A stretch of 61,130 nucleotides of DNA, from contig CAJUGF010000004.1 of assembly GCA_910585915.1 (NCBI GenBank), positions 1 to 61,130 of the forward strand. Reading direction: 5' to 3'. Below the pieces are notes generated by a model. The model made no database searches and had not been told where the DNA came from. It saw nothing but the letters and a program-made list of their open reading frames with translations. Both the position numbers and the translations under genes were made by a program. How positions within the stretch are numbered: position 1 is the first letter of the stretch; every line of letters begins with the position of its first letter. The DNA is from an uncultured Bacilli bacterium. Its GTDB lineage: Bacteria; Bacillota_I; Bacilli_A; RF39; UBA660. Of this stretch, positions 1 through 10,669 are shown one piece after another.

Positions 1-1
1 A

Positions 2-217
2 ATGCAAGATTGGATTAATGCAACTGATGATTTATTAAAATTTAGAAGAAAAAGTGTTTTAAAACATTCAGGAAATATAAGTCATAAAGAAGCAGTAGAA
101 AAAGCTGAAAGTGAATATGAAAAATATAGAATAATTCAAGATCAAAAGTATATTTCATCTATGGATGAGTTTTATAATAAGTATTTAAATGAGTGTAAGA
201 AGGATAATAATGAATAA
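2..217 (+). CDS. RhuM-family-like protein, C-terminal fragment (5' end outside window)
   Basis: ORF open to window edge; tail ...GNISHKEAVEKAESEYEKY..QD.KYISSMDEF resembles RhuM-family C-termini as I remember them. Confidence 0.4.
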   Translation: MQDWINATDDLLKFRRKSVLKHSGNISHKEAVEKAESEYEKYRIIQDQKYISSMDEFYNKYLNECKKDNNE

Positions 218-485
218 GTATAATTTAGAAGAATTAAAAGAAAAATTAGAAAGATGTAAGAACATTCCTATTAAAGAAATCAATCCTGATGATGTAGATA
301 ATATAGAAGATATAAAAATAAGTAGAAAGAAATGTAGAGAAGAAAGAATATTGGATTTTATTGCTACTACAAAGAATCCATATGCTTTTAAAGTAAATGG
401 AACATTAGTAAAAATAAGCTTTTCGAATAATAATAGGAGTGCCAAAGATTGCATTAATAGAGTTATAAAAAGTCTATATAAGTAG
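210..485 (+). CDS. small conserved protein (DUF6870-like, mobile-element associated)
   Basis: ATG at 210 preceded by AAGAAGGA; ...NPYAFKVNGTLVKISF... motif recalls DUF6870 proteins of Firmicute conjugative elements; family call from memory only. Confidence 0.4.
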   Translation: MNKYNLEELKEKLERCKNIPIKEINPDDVDNIEDIKISRKKCREERILDFIATTKNPYAFKVNGTLVKISFSNNNRSAKDCINRVIKSLYK

Positions 486-494
486 GTGAAAATC

Positions 495-911
495 ATGACA
501 AATAATCAAAATATGATGATTCTAAATGGTAATGATATCGGAATAAGTAAAATAGAACTAAGCAAAGGAGAATTATATATTGTAGATGAAATGGGTAAAT
601 ATAGTTTATGTGTACATATATATAATTGGAAAGAGATTAATAGTGCAGAAATAGGGAAAAGACAAAATATTGAATTCAATGAATATTGTTTAGGTGAAAA
701 CAATGAATCTGCTTTGATTTTGCCAACTGATGTTTATATTGAAAAAACTACAAAAGATTCTATAATTTTTTATTTTAAATTTGATGATTTTTCAGATGCA
801 TGTTATATGAATAAAAGAAATTGTTTTGATATTGAATTGAATTCTGTTGAAGTTAAAGTTAATATAAACTATAAAGATGTTCAAGAAAATTCAATTGTAT
901 ATAGATTTTAA
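495..911 (+). CDS. hypothetical protein
   Basis: Long ORF in track (486..911); ATG 495 follows TAGGTGA RBS-like motif. Confidence 0.5.
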   Translation: MTNNQNMMILNGNDIGISKIELSKGELYIVDEMGKYSLCVHIYNWKEINSAEIGKRQNIEFNEYCLGENNESALILPTDVYIEKTTKDSIIFYFKFDDFSDACYMNKRNCFDIELNSVEVKVNINYKDVQENSIVYRF

Positions 912-947
912 TTGATGTAGTAATATATTTAGAAAGAAGTGATAATA

Positions 948-1799
948 ATGGACAATCGACAAAATTCGACAATCAACTGGTACCCAGGTCACATGGCTAA
1001 AACCAGAAGATTAATAGGTGAAAAATATGATTTAATAGATATTGTATATGAAGTGATTGATGCAAGAATACCAATTTCATCAAAAATAAAAGATGTTTAT
1101 AATATAATTGGGAAGAAACCAAAGATTATCATAATGACTAAAAAGGATTTATGTGACATCCATGCGACCAATTATTGGGTAAAATACTATGAAAATTTAG
1201 GAAATAATGTCATTTTGGTAGATTTAAATTCTCCAGATGATTACAAAAAAATAATTGACTTGACACACGAATTAATGAAAGAAAAGCAAGAAACTCGCAT
1301 GAAAAAAGGTATGAAAGAAAAAGAAATTAAAGCCTTAGTAATTGGAATACCAAATGTTGGAAAAAGTACATTAATTAATCGTATGTGTGGAAGAAAAGTT
1401 GCCAATGTAGGTAATAATCCAGGAGTTACTCAAAATCTTTCATGGCTAAGAACAAGAAGCGATATTTTGCTACTAGATACACCAGGGATTTTATGGCCTA
1501 AACTAGACAATCAGGAAATTGCTTTAAATTTAGCTTCATTCTCAGCCATTAAACAAGAAATATTGCCAATCGATGAAGTAGCAGTTCATATCGTCGAAAA
1601 ATTGTTTCGCTTATATCCCAAAATTTTAAAGGAACGATACAATGTTTCAAATATTGAAGATATAGAAGATGTATATGAAACGATTGGGAAAAAAATCGGA
1701 GCCATAAAAAATGGAGAGCCTGATTATGAAAGAATTAGCTTTAGAATCGTAAATGATTTAAAACAAGAACATATTAAAGGAGTAACATTTGATCGGTGA
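948..1799 (+). CDS. rbgA: ribosome biogenesis GTPase A (YlqF/RbgA)
   Basis: WYPGHMAKT N-terminus and circularly permuted GTPase motifs (MTKKD ... GIPNVGKSTLIN ... DTPG); start choice 939/948 uncertain. Confidence 0.9.
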   Translation: MDNRQNSTINWYPGHMAKTRRLIGEKYDLIDIVYEVIDARIPISSKIKDVYNIIGKKPKIIIMTKKDLCDIHATNYWVKYYENLGNNVILVDLNSPDDYKKIIDLTHELMKEKQETRMKKGMKEKEIKALVIGIPNVGKSTLINRMCGRKVANVGNNPGVTQNLSWLRTRSDILLLDTPGILWPKLDNQEIALNLASFSAIKQEILPIDEVAVHIVEKLFRLYPKILKERYNVSNIEDIEDVYETIGKKIGAIKNGEPDYERISFRIVNDLKQEHIKGVTFDR

Positions 1800-2443
1800 A
1801 AACGGAAGAAAAAATAGATTTACGAAGTTTTGAAAAAAGACTTTGGACAGAAGGTTATAAATATATTGCAGGGACAGATGAAGCAGGTCGTGGACCATTG
1901 GCAGGACCAGTCGTTGCGGGTGCAGTAATTCTTCCTATAAATTATGATCTAGAAGGATTAACAGATTCCAAAAAACTAAGTGAAAAAAAACGTGAAAAAT
2001 TTTATGAAATATTAAAAAAAGATGCTGTAGCTATTGGAGTAGGAATTGTTGATGCCAAAACAATTGATGAAATAAATATTTATGAGGCTAGTCGGTTAGC
2101 TATGACAAAAGCATTAGAAAATTTAGATATAAATCCTGATTATATTCTATCAGATGCCATGCCTCTTCACTTAGCAGTTCCGAGTGAATCGATTATTCAT
2201 GGAGATGCCTTATCAATAAGTATCGCAGCAGGAAGCGTCATAGCCAAAGTGACAAGAGATCATATCATGCAAGAAATGGCTCAAAAATATCCGCAATACG
2301 AGTTCGAAAAACACAAAGGATATCCCACCAAAAGACACCTAGAATTATTAAAAAAATTTGGCCCAATGGAAGAATATAGATTTACATATAAACCAGTTCA
2401 TGCTTTAATGAATAATGAGTTACCAAAAAAAGAGGAGGATTAA
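1796..2443 (+). CDS. rnhB: ribonuclease HII
   Basis: GTDEAGRGPLAGPVVAGAV catalytic motif, size 215 aa, classic rbgA-rnhB synteny; GTG start overlapping rbgA stop. Confidence 0.9.
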   Translation: MKTEEKIDLRSFEKRLWTEGYKYIAGTDEAGRGPLAGPVVAGAVILPINYDLEGLTDSKKLSEKKREKFYEILKKDAVAIGVGIVDAKTIDEINIYEASRLAMTKALENLDINPDYILSDAMPLHLAVPSESIIHGDALSISIAAGSVIAKVTRDHIMQEMAQKYPQYEFEKHKGYPTKRHLELLKKFGPMEEYRFTYKPVHALMNNELPKKEED

Positions 2444-2444
2444 T

Positions 2445-4475
2445 TTGAAAAAATTAGTAATAGTAGAATCACCACACAAGTGTAAACCAATTGGTGCCTA
2501 TCTTGGTTCAGATTATAAAGTTGTATCAAGCAAAGGACATATTAGAGATTTAGCAACTTCAGGCAAATTTGGGTTAGGAGTAGACGTAGAAAATGATTTT
2601 GCTCCAAACTATATACCAATAAAAGGGAAAAAGAAAGATATAACTAATTTAAAAAAAGATGTAAAAGACTCAAGTTTTGTATATCTTGCAACTGACCCAG
2701 ACCGTGAAGGAGAAGCTATCAGTTGGCATTTAAAAGAAGCACTAGATATTGAAGAAGATAAATATGAACGTGTAACATTTAATGAAATTACCAAAGATGT
2801 AGTTCAAAATGCTTTTAATTCTCCAAGGAAAATTGATGACAGTTTAGTAAAAAGTCAAGAAACAAGAAGAATTCTAGATCGTATTATAGGCTTTCGTTTA
2901 AGTAAACTTATGCAATCTAAAACAGGTGGAAAAAGTGCAGGTCGTGTACAAAGTGTTGCCTTAAAATTAATAGTTGATCGAGAAAGAGAAATAAATAGTT
3001 TCATTCCCGAAGAATATTGGACAATCGAAGCAAACTTTAATGAATTTATAGCTACACTAGAGAAATATCATGGTAAAAAAATAGAAATACATGGGGAAAA
3101 AGAAGCAAATGATATTGTAGAATCTTTAAGTAAATCGTTTAAATTAGAAAGTGTAGATACAAAAGACACTAAAAAATCAAGTAAACCAGCATTTATCACA
3201 TCAACCTTACAACGAATGGCTGCTACTAGTATAAACTTTGCTCCATCCAAAACCATGCGAATAGCGCAGAAATTATATGAAGGTGTAGAATTGGAGAAAG
3301 AAACAGTAGGTTTAATAACCTACATGAGAACAGATTCAGAACGTTTATCTCCTACATTCATAGAAGAGACACATAATTTCATTAAGAAAAAATATGGTAG
3401 TGAATATATTGGAACGGTAAAAATTCCAAAAGGAAAGAAAAATACTCAAGATGCTCATGAAGCAATTCGACCTACAAGTATTGAAAGAACTCCAGAATCA
3501 ATAAAGAGTTATTTATCAAACGAAGAATACAAATTATATAAATTAATTTATGATAGAGCATTAGCGAGTTTAATGGCAAGTGCAACATCCCAATCAACTA
3601 CTGTCATATTAGAAAATAATGGCTATACCTTTAAAACGACTGGAAGTATTTTGAAGTTTGAAGGTTATTTAAAGATCTATTCACCATATGAAGAAACAAA
3701 AGATGTGATTTTACCAGATTTCGCAAATTATCAAAGTGGAGTAATTATTGCAGAAGAAATAAATAAACTACAGCACTTTACCAAACCACTACCAAGATTC
3801 TCAGAAAGCTCTTTAATTAAAGAATTGGAGAGTTTAGGAATTGGACGCCCAAGCACTTATGCTACAATTGTCCAAACAATTAAAGATCGTGGATATGTCA
3901 CTTTAGAAGAAAAAAGATTTGTACCAACAGAAATAGGTATGGAAACAACAGATAAATTACAAGAATTCTTTAGTGGCATTGTTAATGTAAAATACACTGC
4001 TAACATGGAATCTGAACTGGATGAAATAGCAGAAGACAAACAAAATAACATTCAAGTATTACATAATTTTTATGATGAATTTGAACCGCTTGTTGAAAAA
4101 GCATTCAAAGACATGGAAAAGAAAGAAGCTGAAAAAACAGGAGAAAGTTGTCCTGAATTTGGTAGTGACTTAGTCATTCGCCAGGGTCGTTATGGCAAAT
4201 TCACAGCATGTTCAAACTATCCAACATGTAAATACATTAAAAAAGAAGAGAAAGAACAAAAAGCGATAATTGATTGTCCAAAATGTGGCAAGAAAATTAT
4301 TGAGAAAAAAACGAAACGAGGAAAAATATTTTATGGTTGTACTGGATATCCAGCCTGCGACTTTGCATCATGGTATAAACCTGTAGAAGAAAAGTGCCCA
4401 GAATGTGAAGGGGTGCTAGTTGAAAAAAAAGATTGTTTAGAATGTTTAAATTGTAATCATAAAATTGAAAAGTAG
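2445..4475 (+). CDS. topA: DNA topoisomerase I
   Basis: TOPRIM start (LVIVESPHK, ATDPDREGEAISWH), catalytic-Tyr region GLITYMRTDS, C-terminal CxxC zinc ribbons; TTG 2445 seven nt after GAGGAGG. Confidence 0.93.
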   Translation: MKKLVIVESPHKCKPIGAYLGSDYKVVSSKGHIRDLATSGKFGLGVDVENDFAPNYIPIKGKKKDITNLKKDVKDSSFVYLATDPDREGEAISWHLKEALDIEEDKYERVTFNEITKDVVQNAFNSPRKIDDSLVKSQETRRILDRIIGFRLSKLMQSKTGGKSAGRVQSVALKLIVDREREINSFIPEEYWTIEANFNEFIATLEKYHGKKIEIHGEKEANDIVESLSKSFKLESVDTKDTKKSSKPAFITSTLQRMAATSINFAPSKTMRIAQKLYEGVELEKETVGLITYMRTDSERLSPTFIEETHNFIKKKYGSEYIGTVKIPKGKKNTQDAHEAIRPTSIERTPESIKSYLSNEEYKLYKLIYDRALASLMASATSQSTTVILENNGYTFKTTGSILKFEGYLKIYSPYEETKDVILPDFANYQSGVIIAEEINKLQHFTKPLPRFSESSLIKELESLGIGRPSTYATIVQTIKDRGYVTLEEKRFVPTEIGMETTDKLQEFFSGIVNVKYTANMESELDEIAEDKQNNIQVLHNFYDEFEPLVEKAFKDMEKKEAEKTGESCPEFGSDLVIRQGRYGKFTACSNYPTCKYIKKEEKEQKAIIDCPKCGKKIIEKKTKRGKIFYGCTGYPACDFASWYKPVEEKCPECEGVLVEKKDCLECLNCNHKIEK

Positions 4476-4493
4476 CAGATTGCTGCTTTTTTT
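4474..4493 (+). terminator. weak intrinsic terminator after topA
   Basis: AGCAG-ATTG-CTGCT hairpin followed by T7 directly after the topA stop. Confidence 0.45.
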
Positions 4494-4559
4494 GATCCTT
4501 GACGAATTAAGGTCTAATATGATACGATAATATCTATTTTTGAGAAAGGATGATGAACA

Positions 4560-5171
4560 ATGGATGAACCAATAAATTACCTTTGTATAGAGTATAAGAA
4601 TACACTAATAAATCAATATGGGAAGTGCTATCTATCATTTGATCAAGAAGGAAATTTAAAATATGAAAATATATCATTATACACTTTACAAGAAATTGAA
4701 GCATTTTTAAAAGTGCATTCAAAAAAAGAGATACTAAACCAATTGAAGAGAGATAATATATATTACTTCCTGAATGAAAATACAGAAGAAAAAGATTTAG
4801 AGATATCCATTCGTTATCATCAAAATGGAAAAGAGCGTTCTATAATTCCTTTAACCCAAGAATGCCTACGATTTAATATCGAAGAGTTTTTCCTAAATGA
4901 CTTAAATGACTGGAATAAAAAAATAATTTATAATAAATTAGGAGGATATTTAACTAATCCTAAAATTGGCACAAAAACAAAAGAATGGATTAAAAAATTT
5001 AGACAAATGTCCTCAATAAAAATAAATCAAGAATTTAAAAATATTCCATATTTTGAGCAAAGGGAAATTAGAAAGACGATATTTTTTAACATCATTCGAG
5101 CACCAGAACTGTTAGAAAATAAGAAAGAAGAATTAATTTTAAAAAGAACAAGAAAAGATAATGCAGCTTAA
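4560..5171 (+). CDS. hypothetical protein
   Basis: 203-aa ORF, no motif recognised. Confidence 0.5.
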   Translation: MDEPINYLCIEYKNTLINQYGKCYLSFDQEGNLKYENISLYTLQEIEAFLKVHSKKEILNQLKRDNIYYFLNENTEEKDLEISIRYHQNGKERSIIPLTQECLRFNIEEFFLNDLNDWNKKIIYNKLGGYLTNPKIGTKTKEWIKKFRQMSSIKINQEFKNIPYFEQREIRKTIFFNIIRAPELLENKKEELILKRTRKDNAA

Positions 5172-5227
5172 TTGCACATTATCTTTTTTAGTGTTAAAAT
5201 AAACAATTATTAAAGGAAGTGTGAAAA

Positions 5228-5896
5228 ATGTCTATAGAAGAAAAAAAACAAATTATTCGATCAATTATTGCCATGCAAACAAAAATGAAGAGAACCAATT
5301 CAATCAAAGAAAAAGACTATATGAAAAAAAAGGATGATCAACTTTATACAATTTTTATGAAAGTCAAAAATGATTATAAGCAATTTGGTTATGAGTATAC
5401 ATCAGAAATGATAATAAATGCAGTACTATACAAGAAAATACAAACCCGTTTGCAAGAACTAAAAAGAAATAAACAAGAAAAAGATCTTGTTATAGTAGAA
5501 CTTCTAGAAGTGCCTCAAACAGCGATCTATGAATATGCTTCATCTCTCCCGTTACTGGATGAGTTTGCTTTAAAACAAATAGATTCAGAAACAAGAGAAA
5601 TGATATTAGCAATAGTTTTATATTATCTACTATTAAATTGGGGGCAAAGACTGAAACAATATCCAGAAAATGAAGAAATAAAATTAAAAATAGAATCAAT
5701 TGTAGCAAAAATAAATCAAGCATTTCCATTTAGAAAAGACTTTCAAAGATATCTTACTGAAAATCAAAACAGACATTATATAATTGCATGGGCTGAAAAA
5801 ACAGAACAAGAACGTTTAGAAGAATTGGAAAGAATTCTTTATCCATATTTAACAATCAAGCCAGAAATTAAGAAGAAAAAACGTTTTATGAATTAG
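5228..5896 (+). CDS. hypothetical protein
   Basis: 222-aa ORF with GGAAGTG RBS-like sequence upstream; no motif recognised. Confidence 0.5.
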   Translation: MSIEEKKQIIRSIIAMQTKMKRTNSIKEKDYMKKKDDQLYTIFMKVKNDYKQFGYEYTSEMIINAVLYKKIQTRLQELKRNKQEKDLVIVELLEVPQTAIYEYASSLPLLDEFALKQIDSETREMILAIVLYYLLLNWGQRLKQYPENEEIKLKIESIVAKINQAFPFRKDFQRYLTENQNRHYIIAWAEKTEQERLEELERILYPYLTIKPEIKKKKRFMN

Positions 5897-5967
5897 GAGA
5901 TTTTTCTCCTTTTTTAAATTTTACAAATAAACATGTTTTTGCTAAACTTAAAGAAAAGGATAAAGTT

Positions 5968-6852
5968 ATGGAAAAAGAAATAAAACAGTTTATAAACTAT
6001 TTAACATATGAAAGAAATTATTCAGAAAATACAATCATAAATTATAATCAAGAACTAAAAAAATATCTAAACTACCTAAAAGAAAAAAAGATTAATTATC
6101 AAATAATAACTAAGGATGAAATTAGAAGCTACTTAAAATACCTTGACGATTTAAAATTTAAAAATTCTTCTATTTCTAGAAATGTTAGCGCCATAAGAAC
6201 ATTTTATAACTATTTAGTGCAAAAGGAAAAACTAACTAGTAACATTTGGAATAACATTAAAAATCCAAAAGTAAAAAGAAAGATTCCTAACTTTCTAACA
6301 ACATTAGAATTAGAAGCTATTTTTGAAAACAGAGATTTAGAAACGCCATATGAAATAAGGAATCGTTTAATTTTAGAATTATTATTTGCCACTGGACTTC
6401 GTGTATCGGAATTAATAAACATTAAAATAAACGATATCACTCAAAGTGAAAGAAGCATTCGCACATTAGGAAAGGGTGCAAAAGAAAGAATAGTTTATTA
6501 TGGAGAATATGCTGAAGAAATCTTAGAAGTATATCTAAACACGTCACGAAAAGAATTATTAGAACAAAGAAAAAGCGAGTATCTACTGGTTGGTAAAAAT
6601 AGTATTCAACTCACTAGAAATCGAATCGGTGAAATTCTAGAAGAGGAAGTAAAAAAGATCGGTTTAAAGCACCATATTTCCCCCCATACACTAAGACATA
6701 CCTTTGCTACTTCACTCTTAAACAGTGGTGCAGATATCAGAAGTGTTCAAGAATTATTGGGGCATGAAAATTTAAGCACAACACAAATATATACACACAT
6801 CACAAACGAACAATTAAGAAAAAGTTATCGAGATAATATGCCACGAAAATAA
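5968..6852 (+). CDS. tyrosine recombinase XerC/XerD-like
   Basis: SAM-like N-domain plus catalytic R (ATGLRVSEL), HxxR (HTLRHTFAT), H/Y (LGHENLSTTQIYTH); topA-proximal position as for codV/xerC in Firmicutes. Confidence 0.85.
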   Translation: MEKEIKQFINYLTYERNYSENTIINYNQELKKYLNYLKEKKINYQIITKDEIRSYLKYLDDLKFKNSSISRNVSAIRTFYNYLVQKEKLTSNIWNNIKNPKVKRKIPNFLTTLELEAIFENRDLETPYEIRNRLILELLFATGLRVSELINIKINDITQSERSIRTLGKGAKERIVYYGEYAEEILEVYLNTSRKELLEQRKSEYLLVGKNSIQLTRNRIGEILEEEVKKIGLKHHISPHTLRHTFATSLLNSGADIRSVQELLGHENLSTTQIYTHITNEQLRKSYRDNMPRK

Positions 6853-6898
6853 AATATGTGATATAATAGAAAATAAGAATAGGGAAAGAATAAAAGAG

Positions 6899-9526
6899 GT
6901 GGATGAATTGAAATACATATATACTTTTTTTGAAGGCAATAAAGAAATGAAAAATCTCTTGGGAGGAAAAGGTGCAAACTTAGCAGAAATGACAAAACTA
7001 GGATTACCTGTTCCAAAAGGATTTACGATAACCACTGAAGCTTGTAAAAGCTATTATAAAAACAACGGGAAAATTTTATCAGAAATTGTTAGTGAAATTC
7101 ATAGTAATATTAAAAATCTCGAAAGAACAACAGGAAAAACATTTGGTGGTGGGCAAAAACCGTTATTAGTAAGCATTCGTTCTGGGGCACCATTGAGCAT
7201 GCCAGGAATGATGGATACTATATTAAATCTTGGAATGAATGACGAAGTTGCCAATCAAATGATTCAATTGACAGAAAATCCACGCTTTGTATATGATTCG
7301 TATCGTCGATTTATTATGATGTATGCGGACGTAGTAAAAGGATATCCCAAAGAACAATTTGAAAAACGGTTAGAGGATTACAAAAGAGCAAAAAAGGTAA
7401 CTAGAGATCTTGACTTAGATACTGCAGATTTAAAAAATTTAACAGAAGACTATAAAAGAATATATGAATCATTTCAAGGTAAAAAGTTTCCAGAAGATCC
7501 AAATCGTCAAATTCTAGAAGCAGTATCAGCTGTTTTTAGAAGTTGGAATAACGAAAGAGCAAAGTATTATCGAAAACTAAATCAAATTTCTGATGATCTT
7601 GGCACAGCAGTAAACGTGCAAGAAATGGTTTTTGGAAACATTGGAAGTACATCAGGCTCTGGTGTAGCATTTACTAGAAATCCATCAACTGGGGAAAATA
7701 TTCTTTATGGAGAATACTTAATGAATGCCCAAGGGGAGGATGTAGTAGCAGGCATACGAACTCCATCACATATGGATGAATTAAAAATGCAAATGCCTAA
7801 TATTTATCAAGAGTTTGTTCATTATGCAGAGATTTTAGAAAATCATTATCATGATATGCAAGACATGGAATTTACGATCGAAAATGGAAGACTTTTCATG
7901 CTTCAAACGAGATCCGGAAAAAGAACTGCAGCAGCAGCTCTAAGAATAGTGGTAGAAATGGTATCATCAAACCAAATTACAAAAGAAGAAGCCTTAATGA
8001 GAATTGAACCAAAACAACTAGAAAACATTTTACATAAAACATTTGATGAAAATACTCTTGAAAACATTCAACCGCTAGCTAAGGGACTTGCAGCAAGTCC
8101 TGGAGCAGCAGTTGGGAATATATGTTTTTCTTCAAAAGAAGTAAAAGTAAAAAAAGAACAAGGAATCAAAACGATATTAGTAAGAACAGAGACAAGCCCT
8201 GAAGACATTGAGGGAATGAATCTTGCAGAAGGAATATTAACCATTCGTGGTGGTATGACTTCTCATGCAGCAGTAGTAGCAAGAGGAATGGGCGTTTGCT
8301 GTGTAAGTGGTTGCGAAGAATTGTGGATCGATGAAACAAAAAAAGAACTATGTTTGAAAGATGGCAGTACCTTAAATGAAAATGATATCATTTCACTTGA
8401 TGGTGCTACTGGATCTGTTTATAGAGGAGCAATACCATTAAAGGATACAAATGAGAATGAATATTTAAAAACGTTCTTATCTTGGGCAGATGATGTGAAT
8501 TCAATCAAAGTAAGGGCAAATGCTGATACAGAAAAAGATGCCATAGTGGCCAAAAAAATGGGTGCTACGGGAATTGGGCTATGTCGTACAGAACATATGT
8601 TTTTTCATGAAGATCGTATTTTCTCTTTCCGCAAAATGATATTAGCAGATTCTCAAAATGAGCGAGTAAAAGCCTTAAATGAAATTTTGCCATACCAGCG
8701 AATTGATTTCTATAAATTATTTAAAACGATGACTCCAAATCCTGTTGTAATTCGCTACTTGGATCCACCTCTTCATGAGTTTCTTCCAAAAACAAAAGAA
8801 GAAATAACAACATTAGCAAACTCTTTAAATGTGACACCAGAACAAATAAATGAACGAATTAATAACTTAAAAGAGTTCAATCCTATGATGGGACATCGTG
8901 GTTGTCGATTAATGATCACATATCCTGAGATTGCGATAATGCAAACAAAAGCCATTATGGAAGCCGTAATAATATTAATGCAAGACAAAAAAACAATCGC
9001 CCCTGAAATCATGGTGCCATTAACAACTAATCAAAAAGAATTTGAATACGTAAAAAAAATAATTGATGATACAGCAAGAAAAGTAATGCAAGACAATGGA
9101 GTGACAATTGCATACAAAGTGGGAACCATGATTGAAACTCCAAGAGCATGTGTAGTAGCAGATAAAATTGCAGAGAGTGCTGAATTCTTTAGTTTTGGAA
9201 CTAATGATTTAACACAGTTAACTTTTGGCTTTAGTAGAGATGATGCCAACAAATTCTTACCTAAATATTACCAGAACAATGTCTTAGAAAATGATCCATT
9301 TGTTAAAATAGATCAAGAAGGAATTGGGTCATTAATGAAAGTTGCAATTGATATTGCTAAAAAACAAAGACCAAACATTTCACTCGGTGTATGCGGAGAA
9401 CACGCAGCAGATGCCGATAGTGTAGAATTTTGCTATCAAATTGGGTTAGATTATGTATCTTGCAGCCCTTATCGTATTCCAGTTGCAAAACTGGCTGCAG
9501 CACAAGCAAAATTAAAAAATAAATAG
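6899..9526 (+). CDS. ppdK: pyruvate, phosphate dikinase
   Basis: GGKGANLAEM ATP-grasp start, phosphohistidine motif GGMTSHAAVVARGMG, C-terminal PEP-utilising TIM barrel (GTNDLTQ); true start may be TTG 6908. Confidence 0.93.
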   Translation: MDELKYIYTFFEGNKEMKNLLGGKGANLAEMTKLGLPVPKGFTITTEACKSYYKNNGKILSEIVSEIHSNIKNLERTTGKTFGGGQKPLLVSIRSGAPLSMPGMMDTILNLGMNDEVANQMIQLTENPRFVYDSYRRFIMMYADVVKGYPKEQFEKRLEDYKRAKKVTRDLDLDTADLKNLTEDYKRIYESFQGKKFPEDPNRQILEAVSAVFRSWNNERAKYYRKLNQISDDLGTAVNVQEMVFGNIGSTSGSGVAFTRNPSTGENILYGEYLMNAQGEDVVAGIRTPSHMDELKMQMPNIYQEFVHYAEILENHYHDMQDMEFTIENGRLFMLQTRSGKRTAAAALRIVVEMVSSNQITKEEALMRIEPKQLENILHKTFDENTLENIQPLAKGLAASPGAAVGNICFSSKEVKVKKEQGIKTILVRTETSPEDIEGMNLAEGILTIRGGMTSHAAVVARGMGVCCVSGCEELWIDETKKELCLKDGSTLNENDIISLDGATGSVYRGAIPLKDTNENEYLKTFLSWADDVNSIKVRANADTEKDAIVAKKMGATGIGLCRTEHMFFHEDRIFSFRKMILADSQNERVKALNEILPYQRIDFYKLFKTMTPNPVVIRYLDPPLHEFLPKTKEEITTLANSLNVTPEQINERINNLKEFNPMMGHRGCRLMITYPEIAIMQTKAIMEAVIILMQDKKTIAPEIMVPLTTNQKEFEYVKKIIDDTARKVMQDNGVTIAYKVGTMIETPRACVVADKIAESAEFFSFGTNDLTQLTFGFSRDDANKFLPKYYQNNVLENDPFVKIDQEGIGSLMKVAIDIAKKQRPNISLGVCGEHAADADSVEFCYQIGLDYVSCSPYRIPVAKLAAAQAKLKNK

Positions 9527-9616
9527 TTTAATCAAAAGTAAAAATAGTATATAATATATCAAAAAAATAAGAAAGGAATCAATCAGTGGCAAGATGATTG
9601 ATTAAAGGTGAAAAAT

Positions 9617-10669
9617 ATGATTGCATTATGTATTGGACATGCAACCTATGACATAAGTGTTCCACTAGATACCTATCCTATAGAAAATGAAAAATACCAT
9701 TTAAAAGAAAAATTAGAAAGTGCGGGAGGGTCTGCTTTAAATGCAGCTTATGTTTTTGGAAAATGGAATATAGAAACATATTTTTCTGGAGTAGTAGGTT
9801 ATGATGATTTTGGAACGTTCATCAAAAAAGAAGCTGAAAAATCAGGCATCCGCACTTCTTTTTTTGAAACAAGTTTTGATAAAAAAACTTCAACCTCATT
9901 CATTTTAATTAACAATACGAATCATACTAGAACAATATTTAATATAGAACCAGAAGAATTTCATCTAAAAAAATATGAGTATGATATAAATCCAGATGTA
10001 ATTGTCATGGATGGATATGAATATGCTGCAAGTAAAGCAGCAATGAATAAATACCGTGATGCCATAACAATAATTAACGCATCAACTCCTGATAAGGAAC
10101 TAATGACTTTAGCAAGAGAAGCAAAATATATCGTCTGTAGTATAGAATTTGTTGAGGCTGTGGCTGGCATGAAAGTAGATTTTAATAATCCTGTATCTTT
10201 ACTAAGCATTTATAAAAGAGTGAAAGAAAAATATTTAAACAATGAAATTATAATTACATTAGGAGCCCAAGGAGCCTTATATTGTGTAAATAATGAAGTA
10301 AAAGTAATGCCTACAATCACAGTAGGAGAAATAGATCGAACAGGAGCTGGAGATATTTTTCGTGGAGCTTTTGCCTATGCACTAGGAAAAAATTATGATT
10401 TAGAAAAGGCGGTACGTGTAGCGAATATTGCAGCAGGAATATCAACAACAAAAATAGGTGGTAGTGCTTCAATTCCTATGCTTAGTGAAGTAATCAGCTA
10501 TTACGAAAATAAATTTGGACCAATTGAGCCGCAAGAGTCCCCACAAATACCACAAAATGAACCAGTTATGAATAATACTGGAGTCCAACAAATGCAAAAT
10601 ATGGTTCCGCAACAACCACAAAGTCCAGTAAATTCAGTAAATCCAACGAATCCCACAAATCCAGCATGA
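9617..10669 (+). CDS. pfkB-family carbohydrate/nucleoside kinase with Pro/Gln-rich C-terminal tail
   Basis: pfkB signature DRTGAGDIFRGAF; ATG 9617 after AAAGGTGA; last ~55 aa are P/Q/N-rich low complexity. Confidence 0.8.
   Translation: MIALCIGHATYDISVPLDTYPIENEKYHLKEKLESAGGSALNAAYVFGKWNIETYFSGVVGYDDFGTFIKKEAEKSGIRTSFFETSFDKKTSTSFILINNTNHTRTIFNIEPEEFHLKKYEYDINPDVIVMDGYEYAASKAAMNKYRDAITIINASTPDKELMTLAREAKYIVCSIEFVEAVAGMKVDFNNPVSLLSIYKRVKEKYLNNEIIITLGAQGALYCVNNEVKVMPTITVGEIDRTGAGDIFRGAFAYALGKNYDLEKAVRVANIAAGISTTKIGGSASIPMLSEVISYYENKFGPIEPQESPQIPQNEPVMNNTGVQQMQNMVPQQPQSPVNSVNPTNPTNPA

Noticed and set aside
185-496. 103-aa minus-strand ORF. The same class includes 506..703, 2609..2794, 3068..3256, 3857..4051, 5490..5729, 6210..6440, 8773..9252, 9961..10209, 54749..55180 and 58706..58957.
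   Set aside because: All lie antisense to well-supported plus-strand genes. They have Leu/Phe/Ile/Ser-rich low-complexity translations typical of the reverse frame of AT-rich coding DNA, and no RBS.
9580-9606. 9-bp-stem hairpin AATCAATCA/TGATTGATT just upstream of the pfkB kinase RBS.
   Set aside because: It is isolated, with no T-run and no recognisable riboswitch context. That is insufficient to call a regulatory element.
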